A stretch of DNA of 64,000 bases, taken from Pirellulaceae bacterium. GTDB taxonomy: Bacteria > Planctomycetota > Planctomycetia > Pirellulales > Pirellulaceae. Of this stretch, positions 63,720 through 64,000 are shown in pieces (positions within the stretch are counted from its first letter, which is position 1; each line of letters starts with the position of its first letter). The stretch spans positions 1,643 through 65,642 of the forward strand of contig DATKBV010000479.1 of assembly GCA_035513655.1 (NCBI GenBank), written 5' to 3'. The translations under genes were made by a program, and so were the position numbers. The notes beneath the pieces were generated by a model that worked only from the letters and a program-made list of their open reading frames with translations, was not told the origin of the DNA and searched no databases.

Positions 63720-64000
63720 ACTTTCAATGTGCCAAGCTATTTCCACTTTTTTTCAAAAATTCTCGGAATTCCGACCCGGTTTTGCCTCCGTTTTTCAATA
63801 AGTATTACAGAGACCTGATTGGGCTACCAACTTGGTGTTTGCTTTGTATCAGAAACAGCGAATGACCAGGGCAGAGCGGCACGCAGGGGGCAATGCAGGG
63901 GTAGGTGCCGTAGGTCATTCGCTGCTTTATACCTTGAGGGCATCCGCGCGATGCCGGGCGAGGCGTCTAGTGCTTTGTGACAGCTTGATTTTAGGATTAG

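Noticed and set aside
63856-63925. A hairpin with a 12-bp stem (cagcgaatgacc...ggtcattcgctg) and a ~46-nt loop near the window edge, as a possible sRNA or terminator.
   Set aside because: The loop is too large for a classical terminator. The context (a neighbouring gene beyond 64000) is not visible and there is no supporting conservation information.

Overview
This is a planctomycete-type chromosomal segment with Pirellulales-like gene content: a DUF1559 prepilin-type protein, a PSD/PSCyt (DUF1549-DUF1553) protein, a CRTAC1/FG-GAP protein, DUF1080, a TAT-signal Gfo/Idh/MocA oxidoreductase and a giant surface protein with an LEDRRLLA motif. Family names are recalled from sequence signatures; nothing was searched. 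Layout: (1) 1-9.9 kb holds the 5' part of a giant minus-strand repeat protein. The ORF track misses it because it runs off the window. (2) 10-12.5 kb is a decayed patch with a small-ORF plus nucleotidyltransferase pair, two gene fragments, an AT-rich island and heptanucleotide palindromic microsatellites. (3) 12.5-16.5 kb carries cca, a membrane protein, an unlisted 56-codon ORF and an orphan fliG. (4) 16.5-27.2 kb is a type II FAS-like cluster (3beta-HSD-like reductase, KAS, ACP, two CrtI-family flavoenzymes, FabZ-like, FabI-like). It is interrupted by an amino-acid ABC transporter bracketed by two Uma2 paralogs. (5) 27.6-38.5 kb encodes a PSD protein, a PPC/coiled-coil protein, a PSCyt1-WD40/coiled-coil protein and a beta-barrel OMP. 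(6) 38.7-42.7 kb is a minus-strand operon of TIM-barrel, UbiA, TIM-barrel and CinA. (7) 42.9-54 kb carries DUF1598, SuhB, a HEAT protein, a Gfo/Idh/MocA oxidoreductase, DUF1080 and a PQQ-propeller/LamG giant. (8) 54-63.5 kb is a minus-strand redox island. It starts with a small secreted Cys-motif protein, then a TM-pentaheme-TPR cytochrome translationally coupled to a CRTAC1 protein whose C-terminal tail is a second copy of the Cys-motif module. DUF1559 plus a lipoprotein and a secreted double-CMD protein follow. Last is a CMD/AhpD gene with an in-frame TGA exactly at its CxxC cysteine, a candidate selenoprotein with a SECIS-like hairpin. Several families of structured intergenic repeats occur. 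I recognised no rRNA, tRNA, CRISPR array, transposase or integrase.
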